Positions 47,015 to 55,032 of a stretch of DNA of 58,617 nt are shown here, piece by piece; within the stretch, counting starts at the first letter, position 1; each line of letters opens with the position of its first letter. The stretch covers positions 1-58,617 of IMG/VR virus record IMGVR_UViG_3300020455_000016, one strand, 5' to 3'. Made by a program: the position numbers and the translations under genes. The stretch is from a virus. Its lineage: Duplodnaviria; Caudoviricetes. Under the pieces are notes generated by a model. It saw only the letters and a list, made by a program, of their open reading frames with translations, was not told the DNA's origin and ran no database searches.

Positions 47015-47476
47015 ATGTCATACTCTGGAACTTACAAACCAACTAATCCACGTAAGTATAAAGGTAATCCCACTAACGTTATTTATAGGTCATTATGGGA
47101 AAGAAAATTTATGCACTTCTGTGATCATACAAGTACTATAGTTGAGTGGGGAAGTGAGGAAGTGGTAATCCCTTACAAGTCCCCTATTGATGGGAGATCT
47201 CACCGTTACTACCCTGACTTCTACATCAAAGTAAGAACTAAAACTGCTGGTATGAAGAAGTATATTATAGAAGTAAAACCAAAGAAACAAGTACAAGGAC
47301 CAGTCGAAAAACCAAAACGAAAGACTACTGCTTGGAGAAGAGATGTGTTAACATTCATGAAAAATCGTGCCAAGTGGGATGCTGCAGAAGACTACTGTAA
47401 GGACAGGCAAATGAAATTTTTAATCCTTACTGAAGACCACCTAGCAATTAAGAAGAATGCCAAGCACCGTAGGTAA
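47015..47476 (+). CDS. gp4: gp4 head completion protein
   Basis: Y.G.YKP.NP.KYKG....V.YRSLWERKFM..CD.....WGSEE.VIPY.SP.DG..HRYYPDF...IEVKP; CTAAATA late promoter at about 46984-46990. Confidence 0.92.
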   Translation: MSYSGTYKPTNPRKYKGNPTNVIYRSLWERKFMHFCDHTSTIVEWGSEEVVIPYKSPIDGRSHRYYPDFYIKVRTKTAGMKKYIIEVKPKKQVQGPVEKPKRKTTAWRRDVLTFMKNRAKWDAAEDYCKDRQMKFLILTEDHLAIKKNAKHRR

Positions 47477-48113
47477 AGGGTTTGGATCAAGTTCAGAAGA
47501 TACTTCATCCTACCAAACAATATTCGAAAAAATAAAAGAAGAATCTGGCAGTCAACAAAGAAGCTTGAGTTGGTATAAAAATACTATCCATAGACTAACA
47601 GGTGAATACACAACTGATAATCTAGTTACTGCTGAAAAAAGAGACTCTTATGATGATAGTGAGGAACAGGATGGTAATGTATTACGAACTACAGTAAGAC
47701 AAGGACACTTATATCTTTTTGAATACAAAGCAAAGAGTAAATGGTTGCCTTACTATGATAAATTTCCTCTTGCATATGTATTTAAAAGAGATAGAGATGG
47801 ATTCTATGCAGCAAACTTTCATTACTTACAGTACAGGACTAGACTTAAGTCAATGAAAAAATTAGAAAGAGGCATGATTGACATACCTCGAAATATCATA
47901 CATAAATACTTGAATAGTAATGTAGAAAGTCTCTTCCTAGATTTACATAAAGATGAATGGGACACATCTATACTTCTACCTGTTGAGGATTTTGTTATGA
48001 CTAGTAGAAGAAATAGAACACAGTTCTCTTATGATAAAGAACTAGTGTGGGAAGAGATAAAAGAAAATGAAAATGATCGAGTAAAAGCAAAAGCAATCAT
48101 ACAGGATTACTAA
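47457..48113 (+). CDS. gp2: gp2-like DNA end protector protein
   Basis: G.LYLFEY.AK...LPYYDKFPL...NFHYL....R; synteny with gp4 and gp48. Confidence 0.75.
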   Translation: MPSTVGKGFGSSSEDTSSYQTIFEKIKEESGSQQRSLSWYKNTIHRLTGEYTTDNLVTAEKRDSYDDSEEQDGNVLRTTVRQGHLYLFEYKAKSKWLPYYDKFPLAYVFKRDRDGFYAANFHYLQYRTRLKSMKKLERGMIDIPRNIIHKYLNSNVESLFLDLHKDEWDTSILLPVEDFVMTSRRNRTQFSYDKELVWEEIKENENDRVKAKAIIQDY

Positions 48114-48114
48114 T

Positions 48115-49134
48115 ATGGCAATGGGAGTAACAGGTATTAAAAATACCGCAGCACAACAAGAAGCATTTAAAGCATTGAATAAAGGTAAGATTGTTGTTAA
48201 ATATGCAAGTCCTAGAGAAAATGATGGTAAGGTTGGTTCTGAATCAAATACGGTTAGATATCCTGCATCCTCTCCTATATCACCAGACACTGACTATGTT
48301 TCTATAGATTTCTTCAACTATATAAAACCATTTAGTGATAAAGCAATGGAGCAATCAAAAGGGACTGGGGGACTCTATCAGAACTATGGAGGGTTTAGTG
48401 AAGAGGCTCTAACCAAGGAAAGAGCAGAAGGATATAAATCTATACTACTATTCATGCCAGAGGATATTCAGGCACAGTATGGTGCTAACTGGGGTGGTGT
48501 AGGTGTAGGTGTAGGTCAAGCAAATGCTGCAAGTTTTATTGGTGGAAAGGCTGGATCAATTAGCGAAGCAATTGGGAATACATTTGAAACTACAACAGGT
48601 GGACTTAAACTGTTGGGTTATGATCTAGCAAAGCAAGCAATAAATAAAGGTCTGGGTGGATCATTGACAACGAACCAACTAATGGGTGGTGTGTCAGGAA
48701 CTATCGTTAACCCTAACGTGGAATTAATGTATGAAGCACCCGAATTGAGAGGATTTAATTTAAACTTTAAGATGATGCCAAGAAGTGAGACAGAAGCTAA
48801 AAATATTTTTACTATCTGTCAAACATTAAAGAAAGCAATGCTACCTTCATTTGGTGGTACAGTAGCAGATAAATTCACATCTGGTGCATTATTGACCATA
48901 CCAAAAATTGTCAGTGCTAAATTTATGACAGGTAATAAATTAAATAAATATGTTACTCAATTTAAACCATGTGCTATCACTAATGTTAATATAAACTACA
49001 CACCAGACGGTAGTTATGCAACCTACGAAGATGGTTCTCCTGTAGCAACATTGCTTTCAATACAATTTAAAGAACTCAAACTCATATTCGAAAACGAAAT
49101 ACTACTATCAGACGAACCCATAGCATCATATTGA
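48115..49134 (+). CDS. gp48: gp48 baseplate tail-tube cap
   Basis: LFMPEDI, NPNVEL.YE.P.LR.F...FKM.PRS..EA, FKPCAITNVNINYTPDG.YATY, F.EL. Confidence 0.88.
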   Translation: MAMGVTGIKNTAAQQEAFKALNKGKIVVKYASPRENDGKVGSESNTVRYPASSPISPDTDYVSIDFFNYIKPFSDKAMEQSKGTGGLYQNYGGFSEEALTKERAEGYKSILLFMPEDIQAQYGANWGGVGVGVGQANAASFIGGKAGSISEAIGNTFETTTGGLKLLGYDLAKQAINKGLGGSLTTNQLMGGVSGTIVNPNVELMYEAPELRGFNLNFKMMPRSETEAKNIFTICQTLKKAMLPSFGGTVADKFTSGALLTIPKIVSAKFMTGNKLNKYVTQFKPCAITNVNINYTPDGSYATYEDGSPVATLLSIQFKELKLIFENEILLSDEPIASY

Positions 49135-49135
49135 T

Positions 49136-49819
49136 ATGTTCTTCTCACTAATACCAGACATCGAGTATGATGTTAAACCAATCAAGTTTCCTTACACTAA
49201 ATCTGATTTCATAACTGCAAAGAATTTCTTCAGAAGATTTGAAATCAATGAGGATATATTCTCATACACTGCAACGTTTAATAAGTATGCAGTGATAGAT
49301 GGTGAAACACCTGAACAGGTAGCAAAAAAAGCATACGGTGATCCATTTCTTGACTGGGTGATACTAATAACTAACAATGTTATCAATCCTTTGTTTGATT
49401 GGGCAAGATCAGACAATGCTGTAAGAAAGTATTGTGAAAAGACTTACATCGATCCTTACAGTGAGATACTATACTATAAAACCCGTGAGATCAAGAGTGG
49501 TACTTCAATGACCACTGATCTTACGGGTAAAAATATAAAAATAAATGCTCTTGATGCTGGTCTCAAAGTAGATGAGAAGTTCTACAACACACCGTTCTCA
49601 TTCTTTGATGGCAGTCAAGTAATTACTATGGCAGGTTCAGAAGTATGTGATCCTGTTAATGCATACAATCATGAGGTAGAGGAAAATGAAAAGAGAAGAG
49701 AAATATATTTACTGAAGGGTAGATTCCTAGATGCATTCGTAACAGAATTCACAGAAAAAAATAGATATGAATCATCAACTGATTACATATCTCAAAGAAG
49801 TAAAAAGACAGGAGTATAA
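49136..49819 (+). CDS. gp53: gp53 baseplate wedge subunit
   Basis: FFS.IPDIEY, KNFFRR, LysM-like GETPEQVA...YGD...DWVILITNN.I.P..DW, NEKRREIYLLK. Confidence 0.9.
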   Translation: MFFSLIPDIEYDVKPIKFPYTKSDFITAKNFFRRFEINEDIFSYTATFNKYAVIDGETPEQVAKKAYGDPFLDWVILITNNVINPLFDWARSDNAVRKYCEKTYIDPYSEILYYKTREIKSGTSMTTDLTGKNIKINALDAGLKVDEKFYNTPFSFFDGSQVITMAGSEVCDPVNAYNHEVEENEKRREIYLLKGRFLDAFVTEFTEKNRYESSTDYISQRSKKTGV

Positions 49820-49833
49820 TTACTCCTGTTTTT
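49803..49833. terminator. Bidirectional terminator between convergent genes
   Basis: aaaaag-acaggagta-taat-tactcctgt-ttttc. Confidence 0.6.
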
Positions 49834-49963
49834 CATCATGACTTTGTAGTGCTTCTAGTATCCTAGACATGTCAAGTGTCGTTAGTTCTCCGTCATCTGT
49901 CCACTTTAAAGTAGAGTATGACTCGGTTTGTCTATCGTTGTGAGTAAAGTAATCTCCTGACAT
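49820..49963 (-). CDS. Small hypothetical protein (47 aa)
   Basis: MSGDYFTHNDRQTESYSTLKWTDDGELTTLDMSRILEALQSHDEKQE; TATGAT -10 upstream. Confidence 0.55.
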   Translation of the reverse strand: MSGDYFTHNDRQTESYSTLKWTDDGELTTLDMSRILEALQSHDEKQE

Positions 49964-50052
49964 TGTTTTGTGTTGGGTTCCTCATAATAATTTATCATAG
50001 TTTTCACACAAAACAGGGTTTTCTTTATAGTATCTTTCGGTTTCGTTTACAT

Positions 50053-50078
50053 AAAAAAAGACCCCCGAAGGGGTCTTT
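50053..50078 (-). terminator. Rho-independent terminator after gp32
   Basis: AGACCCC-TTCG-GGGGTCT followed by a T-tract. Confidence 0.9.
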
Positions 50079-50082
50079 AGAA

Positions 50083-50961
50083 TTATTCTTCTGCTAACTT
50101 TTGAAAGTACGAGAGAGCATCATCCTCCTCTGGTGTTGAGGTTGGAGTCGATGGGACTCTATCAACTCTATCAACCACCACAGGTGTTGGTTCATACTCT
50201 TCGTTTGCCTGTTCCTGTTGTACAGCAGGTGCTGTATTAAGTACAGCATTCAAACGTTGCTGAAGTTGTTCATATGTTTTGAACTGATCTGGTGCTGTGA
50301 ATGCTTCCAAACTGTAAGCAGTCTTCCAGATAGTTTCCATCTCTTCATCATCAGTTGATAGAGCAGCAGGTGCTGCAAATTCAGAACTATCATAGTTCCA
50401 GAAACCAGCAACTGTTTTGATCTTCAACTTGAAGTTAGCACCTTCCCAGAAATCAAATACATTTATAGGAGTCTCATCTTGAAACTCTGGTTGCATTGCA
50501 GCGAGGATCTTATCATGAATCTTCTTGCCATACTTGTACAAGAACACTTTACCCTCGTTCTCTGGGTGCTTTGGATCACTAACAACATAGATGTTAGAGT
50601 AGTAGGATAACTTACGCTTGCGTTGACGAGCGATATCCTTGTCAGATTCTACGCCACTGTTCCATAACTGATTGTTGGCAGCACTAACTGGATCGTTATT
50701 ACCCAATGTAGTTAGAGAGTTCTCTATGAACCAACCACCTGGTCCTTGGAATGCGTGAGCATATAACTTTGCCCATGGTAATGCTTCTCCATCAGGAGCA
50801 GGGAGAAAACGGATAACAGCATATCCATTACCTGTAGCGTCAAGTTCGGGCCTCCAGAGTCTCTCGTCGGCACCTGCTTTAGCATTGCTGGACTTCTCTA
50901 GTTCCTTTTGTAAGAACTGGAAATTTGTCTGGGACTTACGCTTTAAATCTGCGAATGTCAT
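50083..50961 (-). CDS. gp32: gp32 single-stranded DNA-binding protein
   Basis: DERLWRPELD.TGNGYAVIRFLP, HAFQGPGGWFIENSLTT, FWEGANFKLKI...WNYD.SEF, DDALSYFQKLAEE. Confidence 0.97.
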   Translation of the reverse strand: MTFADLKRKSQTNFQFLQKELEKSSNAKAGADERLWRPELDATGNGYAVIRFLPAPDGEALPWAKLYAHAFQGPGGWFIENSLTTLGNNDPVSAANNQLWNSGVESDKDIARQRKRKLSYYSNIYVVSDPKHPENEGKVFLYKYGKKIHDKILAAMQPEFQDETPINVFDFWEGANFKLKIKTVAGFWNYDSSEFAAPAALSTDDEEMETIWKTAYSLEAFTAPDQFKTYEQLQQRLNAVLNTAPAVQQEQANEEYEPTPVVVDRVDRVPSTPTSTPEEDDALSYFQKLAEE

Positions 50962-51013
50962 TTATTTTTTACCTCTTTAGATTTGGCTTGTACGACTCGA
51001 TGGTCATGTAAAC

Positions 51014-51042
51014 ATTATATCATAGGCAGAAGGTCGAGTCAA
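51014..51042 (-). promoter_or_regulatory. Sigma70-type promoter for gp32
   Basis: TTGACT-17 bp-TATAAT. Confidence 0.8.
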
Positions 51043-51386
51043 CCCCCTTCTGCCTCTTTACGTGCTAGTTCAGTCATCATATCTATCCTTTCCAACAGTT
51101 CTTTGAACATGTTTTCAAGGTTATCATTGTCTTGAGCACCAAACATTACTGCTGCTGCTCTTAAGTTCTGTATCATTACCTTTGCTTGTGGATCATCAGA
51201 CAACTTAAGTCGTGCCCAAAAGATCTGTTGCTTTTCTATTAATGTTTTTAACTTAAAGAAATAATCTAATCTTTTTTTCGGTGACAGTGCTGGGAATGTG
51301 TTAACTGATCTGACACAAAACTGTTGTAGTTCTGTTATCTCTTGCAGTTCACCACGTACCATCTCTGACTTAAAAAAATCACTCAT
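51039..51386 (-). CDS. DUF1825-like conserved protein
   Basis: FF.SE.V..E...I..LQ...KQ.IF..RL.LSDDP.A..M. Confidence 0.75.
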   Translation of the reverse strand: MSDFFKSEMVRGELQEITELQQFCVRSVNTFPALSPKKRLDYFFKLKTLIEKQQIFWARLKLSDDPQAKVMIQNLRAAAVMFGAQDNDNLENMFKELLERIDMMTELARKEAEGG

Positions 51387-51631
51387 ACTAGTATTAACTT
51401 TGCTCTTGATGTTTTCTTAATGAAGTTTAACTTCTGTGCATCATATTTAAGCTTTTCTTTGAGTGGTTTTGATATCAATTTTGATACGGATTCCACTTCA
51501 ATCTCTTTTGTTTCACAGTAATGTACAATGGCATCAATATAGTTCATAGTATGTTCTGATGCAATCTTCTCAACATCCTGCGAGAATTTCGCAGCAGTCA
51601 TAAATTTATCCTCCAGTTTTATTTCGGGCAT
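51383..51631 (-). CDS. gp33: gp33 late-transcription coactivator
   Basis: KFSQDVEKI...MNYIDAIVHYCE...IEVESV.KLISKPLKEKLKYDA..LNF.K.TSRAKL. Confidence 0.9.
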   Translation of the reverse strand: MPEIKLEDKFMTAAKFSQDVEKIASEHTMNYIDAIVHYCETKEIEVESVSKLISKPLKEKLKYDAQKLNFIKKTSRAKLILV

Positions 51632-52307
51632 GTTTTTCGTTGTACTCCTGAATATATGATTGTAATCGTACAAGGTACTCCTTTTTAGGAGAAACAATTT
51701 TTACCTGTGTGTCTCCGTTTTCACAGGCAACTATTGTTACTAATTGTTCAACATCAAAACCATATAACTCCTTGAAACAACATGCATATGCTGTCTCTTG
51801 TACATAGTAATCGTACATATAGAGTTCTTCTTTAGGTCTTGCTGATGTCTTAAAGTCAATGATAGATAATTTTCCTTCGTACTCTGCTATACAATCTACT
51901 CTTCCTGCTATTTTTAAAACGTCTGAATAGAGTGCTGCTTCTTGAAGGTATATACTATTTATCTTATCAATAGTCTTCACTGATGAGTGAAACATCAACC
52001 ATGGCAATGGTTGTTCCTTGTTACCAGAGTCAAGAATGTTTAATTCTTTACCTGCCATATAATCTTCAACCAACTTATGATATCTAGTACCACGTCTAGC
52101 AGACTTGGCAGTAATTGCTGCTGCTTTCTTCTGTCCTACTCTCTTCCTCCATTTAGCAAGACCTGCTTGCTTCTTGGAATTGTTACTGATAACAGTAGTG
52201 ATAGAAGGATACCTCTCACCTGATGGTGACACATAATATCTTTTACCATCCACCATCTCGGTGTTGATATCAGTTATCTCTTTTATATCAGCAACACGTT
52301 CGAACAT
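51606..52307 (-). CDS. PD-(D/E)XK exonuclease (cyanophage exonuclease A type)
   Basis: YPSITTV, WRKRVG, RGT..H, E..LYS..L.IAGRVDCIAEY.G.LSIIDFKTS, Y.VQ..AY. Confidence 0.9.
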   Translation of the reverse strand: MFERVADIKEITDINTEMVDGKRYYVSPSGERYPSITTVISNNSKKQAGLAKWRKRVGQKKAAAITAKSARRGTRYHKLVEDYMAGKELNILDSGNKEQPLPWLMFHSSVKTIDKINSIYLQEAALYSDVLKIAGRVDCIAEYEGKLSIIDFKTSARPKEELYMYDYYVQETAYACCFKELYGFDVEQLVTIVACENGDTQVKIVSPKKEYLVRLQSYIQEYNEKHARNKTGG

Positions 52308-52308
52308 A

Positions 52309-53061
52309 TTATATACCTAGGTTGATCTTTGCAATGATGTATGACTTGACAATACCAGACCTAACGATATCTTCAATGCCATATTCAATAAGAGAAAACT
52401 CATCCATAGTCTGTAAGATTCTTTGGAAATCTATGATACCAGTACGATCTGTTGCCTTTACAAGGTCAGATTGTGATGCATCACCACAGAATATGATTCT
52501 ACTATCCTGACCAACACGAGTCATGATAGTATCTAACTCATGGAAGTGTAGGTTCTGACTCTCATCAACAATTATAATAGCATTGTCAAGAGTTGTACCA
52601 CGTAAGAATGAGGTAGACCAGAAAGATATAGTCTCTTGATGTTTAAGATTCTCATAAAGCATATCAAATGATGCATCATCAGGCATCTCAAACATATATC
52701 TTACCATATTTTTGTATGGTATCTGATATATGTCTGCTTTATCTTCATGAGTACCAGGTAAGAACCCAATCTCTCTTGTAGCAACTAACGATCTAACAAT
52801 GTATACCTTGTCAACTGGTGAGTTCTCATCAAGAACGTCACGTAAAGCAAGGTACAATGCCATAAATGTTTTACCTGTACCAGCACAACCATAAGTAAAG
52901 AGATGCTTGCCACTATCATAGTCAGCAACCATCTTCTTTTGGTTATCTGTAATAGGTTCAACAGATACGAATGTAGAATTGTTAATAGGTTTTCTACGCT
53001 TCATTTGTTTAGGTGTCATCCCAACCAAATCAGGTGTATTTTGTCTTCTTTTTCTAGGCAT
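52309..53061 (-). CDS. phoH: PhoH-family ATPase
   Basis: GCAGTGKT, RSLVATREIGFLPG, SFLRGTTLDN...VDESQN, TRVG, GD..QSD, DIVRSG. Confidence 0.97.
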   Translation of the reverse strand: MPRKRRQNTPDLVGMTPKQMKRRKPINNSTFVSVEPITDNQKKMVADYDSGKHLFTYGCAGTGKTFMALYLALRDVLDENSPVDKVYIVRSLVATREIGFLPGTHEDKADIYQIPYKNMVRYMFEMPDDASFDMLYENLKHQETISFWSTSFLRGTTLDNAIIIVDESQNLHFHELDTIMTRVGQDSRIIFCGDASQSDLVKATDRTGIIDFQRILQTMDEFSLIEYGIEDIVRSGIVKSYIIAKINLGI

Positions 53062-53068
53062 AATTTAG

Positions 53069-53317
53069 TTACCACTCAATAGTATTACCAGGAATCTTTC
53101 TCGTTGCTTCTTTCATAAATGAGTTCCACTCTGGATGAGTCTTACTCATCTTATTCTTCCAGTTAATACCTTGAGAATCACATGCACCACCTACACCTGC
53201 TTGCCAGTCTTTATCCCAGTCTGGATTAGCATCCCTCCATTCGGAATACTCTTTCATGGTCATGGAGAGTTCTTTAGTCTCTCCAGTTTCTTTATGTTTT
53301 ACAGGGTATGTTGGCAT
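53069..53317 (-). CDS. Conserved cyanophage hypothetical protein
   Basis: MPTYPVKHKETGETKEL.M...EY..W...NPDWDKDW, in the usual position between thyX and phoH. Confidence 0.8.
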   Translation of the reverse strand: MPTYPVKHKETGETKELSMTMKEYSEWRDANPDWDKDWQAGVGGACDSQGINWKNKMSKTHPEWNSFMKEATRKIPGNTIEW

Positions 53318-53955
53318 TAATTCCACTCCAGTGCTTGTGATACGATAGGAAACTGCTCTACAAATACCTTACGGCATGCTTCAGCAATCTCTTTGTGTTC
53401 TTGTTGTGTTCCATGTGCAGAACGTAGATCTATATAGTGGATCCAAGAACGACATGAACCTGTCATATAGATACGGGTTGGTGTAGCAAGAGGTAGTACA
53501 AACCGAGCACACTCCTTTGCTATACCTGCTTCAAGCATCTCTTTATATAAATGCATACTATTAACAAAGTGTCTTTGCATTTTAATTTCAAAGTCTTGTT
53601 GTGTTAATGGATCTATATCATCTATACTATTCTGTCTATTCTTATCATCCTGACGACGTAATGCTGGTAAAGGAATCTCTTTACCTAACAAACTACTATC
53701 AGCATACCTTTGAGAGAACTCTTGAAAAGTAAATGATCTATGTCTTAATACTTGTGCAGCAATACCCCTAGTAGTTTCAATCTCTACAGTCAGGTGTGCC
53801 TGTTCAAATACAGACCAATGGTTGTGCTTAATACAATACTTAAGTAACCCTGATACGTTAGGGTTCTCCTGATTGTTCGGGTTGCTCACCCTCGCTACAT
53901 AACCCATCGTCTCCTCCGCTTTCGGAGTCACCGAGATCAATTTCACGTTCGACAT
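53317..53955 (-). CDS. thyX: FAD-dependent thymidylate synthase
   Basis: ARVSNP, HWSVFE, RHRSFTFQEFSQRY, ARFVLP, RSWIHYI.LR....TQ.EH. Confidence 0.97.
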   Translation of the reverse strand: MSNVKLISVTPKAEETMGYVARVSNPNNQENPNVSGLLKYCIKHNHWSVFEQAHLTVEIETTRGIAAQVLRHRSFTFQEFSQRYADSSLLGKEIPLPALRRQDDKNRQNSIDDIDPLTQQDFEIKMQRHFVNSMHLYKEMLEAGIAKECARFVLPLATPTRIYMTGSCRSWIHYIDLRSAHGTQQEHKEIAEACRKVFVEQFPIVSQALEWN

Positions 53956-54121
53956 ATCCAAATCCTTTTCTTTTGTATTTTTGTTTACGTATCTCATCCT
54001 GCACTAACTCATCATAAAAACCAGACATTAAATACTCATACTCTTTTGGAGAGTAGAGGTCTGGTTTGCGTAATGCTTTTTTAATGGCACGAAGTTTTCC
54101 TTTTCGCTTCATCTTTTTCAA
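53858..54121 (-). CDS. Basic hypothetical protein (C-terminus overlaps the thyX start)
   Basis: KKALRKPDLYS..E...KGFG pattern; downstream of a consensus promoter. Confidence 0.55.
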   Translation of the reverse strand: MKKMKRKGKLRAIKKALRKPDLYSPKEYEYLMSGFYDELVQDEIRKQKYKRKGFGYVEREIDLGDSESGGDDGLCSEGEQPEQSGEP

Positions 54122-54170
54122 CGAATTTTTATCGGGAAAAATTTTTCCGAATTCATGGAATCAGAAAGTC
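54111..54170. repeat. Dispersed ~60-bp element copy
   Basis: atctttttca-40 bp-tcagaaagtc; shares cgg and gaatt.atggaatca.aaagtcaaattt with the 46166 copy. Confidence 0.7.
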
Positions 54171-54183
54171 AAATTTCCCTCAT

Positions 54184-54212
54184 ATTATAACACTATATGA
54201 AGTTAATGTCAA
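54184..54212 (-). promoter_or_regulatory. Sigma70-type promoter
   Basis: TTGACA-17 bp-TATAAT. Confidence 0.85.
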
Positions 54213-54466
54213 CGAGTCTCACTAGATCTTCTGTCTACATCGGTCATAGTCTGACTTGATTTAAAATATTTGTTTACAACTTCTACTTGATCATCATACC
54301 TAGCAATCTTATCAAGTTCAACTTGAATTGCTTCAGTGATGTCTGAATGCTCTCCAATACCTGCTGGATGTTCTAGATATACTTCTACATTTGCTTTGTG
54401 TTTAGCAATCTCACCTTGAGCATGTGCGAGGACTGCTCGTAGTAATTGTTCTCTCATATGTAACAT
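54209..54466 (-). CDS. Conserved cyanophage hypothetical protein
   Basis: HAQGEIAKHKANVEVYLEHPAGIGEHSDITEAIQ.ELD.IARY.D. Confidence 0.85.
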   Translation of the reverse strand: MLHMREQLLRAVLAHAQGEIAKHKANVEVYLEHPAGIGEHSDITEAIQVELDKIARYDDQVEVVNKYFKSSQTMTDVDRRSSETR

Positions 54467-54486
54467 ACTTTATCTCCAATGTGTAT

Positions 54487-54527
54487 ATTATATAATAAAA
54501 AAAGACCCCTGTCAAGCAGAGGTCTTT
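54487..54527 (-). terminator. Terminator fused with a sigma70 promoter
   Basis: Hairpin AGACCTCTG...CAGGGGTCT plus T-tract; TTGACA (54510-54515) starts in the loop, 17 bp from TATAAT (54487-54492). Confidence 0.8.
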
Positions 54528-54547
54528 AAGTTTAATTCGGATGAAAC

Positions 54548-54688
54548 TTAACTACAAGGAACTGCTTTAGTTACCTTGTGTCCACGATACATTAAATCGT
54601 GACGCTGACGTTTGGTTGCTTCATCAAGTACCATTCTACGATACTCTTCAGAGTCATAAGAGACTCCTCTGTAAGTGACTTGTGCCAT
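54548..54688 (-). CDS. DUF4278-like 'downstream peptide' (46 aa)
   Basis: MAQVTYRGVSYDSEEYRRMVLDEATKRQRHDLMYRGHKV, with two YRG motifs and a GAGG ribosome-binding site; absent from the ORF track. Confidence 0.88.
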   Translation of the reverse strand: MAQVTYRGVSYDSEEYRRMVLDEATKRQRHDLMYRGHKVTKAVPCS

Positions 54689-54705
54689 TGGCTTGTCCTC
54701 TGGAT

Positions 54706-54808
54706 AGGGTGGATGACCCCGTTCCTTCAGTCCACATTTGCGTCCTCCGAAGAGGATGAACGATCCGTTCCGTGTCGGCTTACTTGCGACCCTTTTGGGT
54801 TGAACGAT
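54706..54808 (-). ncRNA. Tandem glutamine riboswitch (Downstream-peptide / glnA class)
   Basis: Two units, AUCGUUCA-stem-CGCAA...GAC..GGAACGG, at 54765-54808 and 54719-54764; the second loop GUGGA can pair with the downstream UCCAC. Confidence 0.85.
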
Positions 54809-54850
54809 GTGTTAATATTAACACAGGTATAGTATATAGTCAAGTAGGTT

Positions 54851-54866
54851 TGTATCCTATGATACA
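54851..54866. promoter_or_regulatory. NtcA binding site
   Basis: TGTA-TCCTATGA-TACA (GTA-N8-TAC), just upstream of the TTGACT -35 (54838-54843) of the riboswitch promoter. Confidence 0.75.
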
Positions 54867-55015
54867 GTTTTATAATCTTTTAACATTTGATCTCTGTACA
54901 CTCTTGCCTGTTCATATCTTTCACACAACTCATTCATCCAAATTCTTTCTTCTAATGTAACTGATACTCCATCAGTTGTAAGCATTCTACAGCAGATGTC
55001 AGTTAATTTTAGCAT
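54857..55015 (-). CDS. Small hypothetical protein (52 aa)
   Basis: MLKLTDICCRMLTTDGVSVTLEERIWMNELCER... Confidence 0.6.
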   Translation of the reverse strand: MLKLTDICCRMLTTDGVSVTLEERIWMNELCERYEQARVYRDQMLKDYKTVS

Positions 55016-55032
55016 GGTTAAACTATTTGTTC

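Noticed and set aside
50030-50050. GTA...TAC upstream of the 47-aa ORF as an NtcA box
   Set aside because: The spacer is 15 bp, not 8.
51606-52307. Exonuclease as a Cas4 of a CRISPR system
   Set aside because: It is in the standard phoH-exonuclease-gp33 context, lacks the four-Cys Fe-S arrangement, and no array is present.
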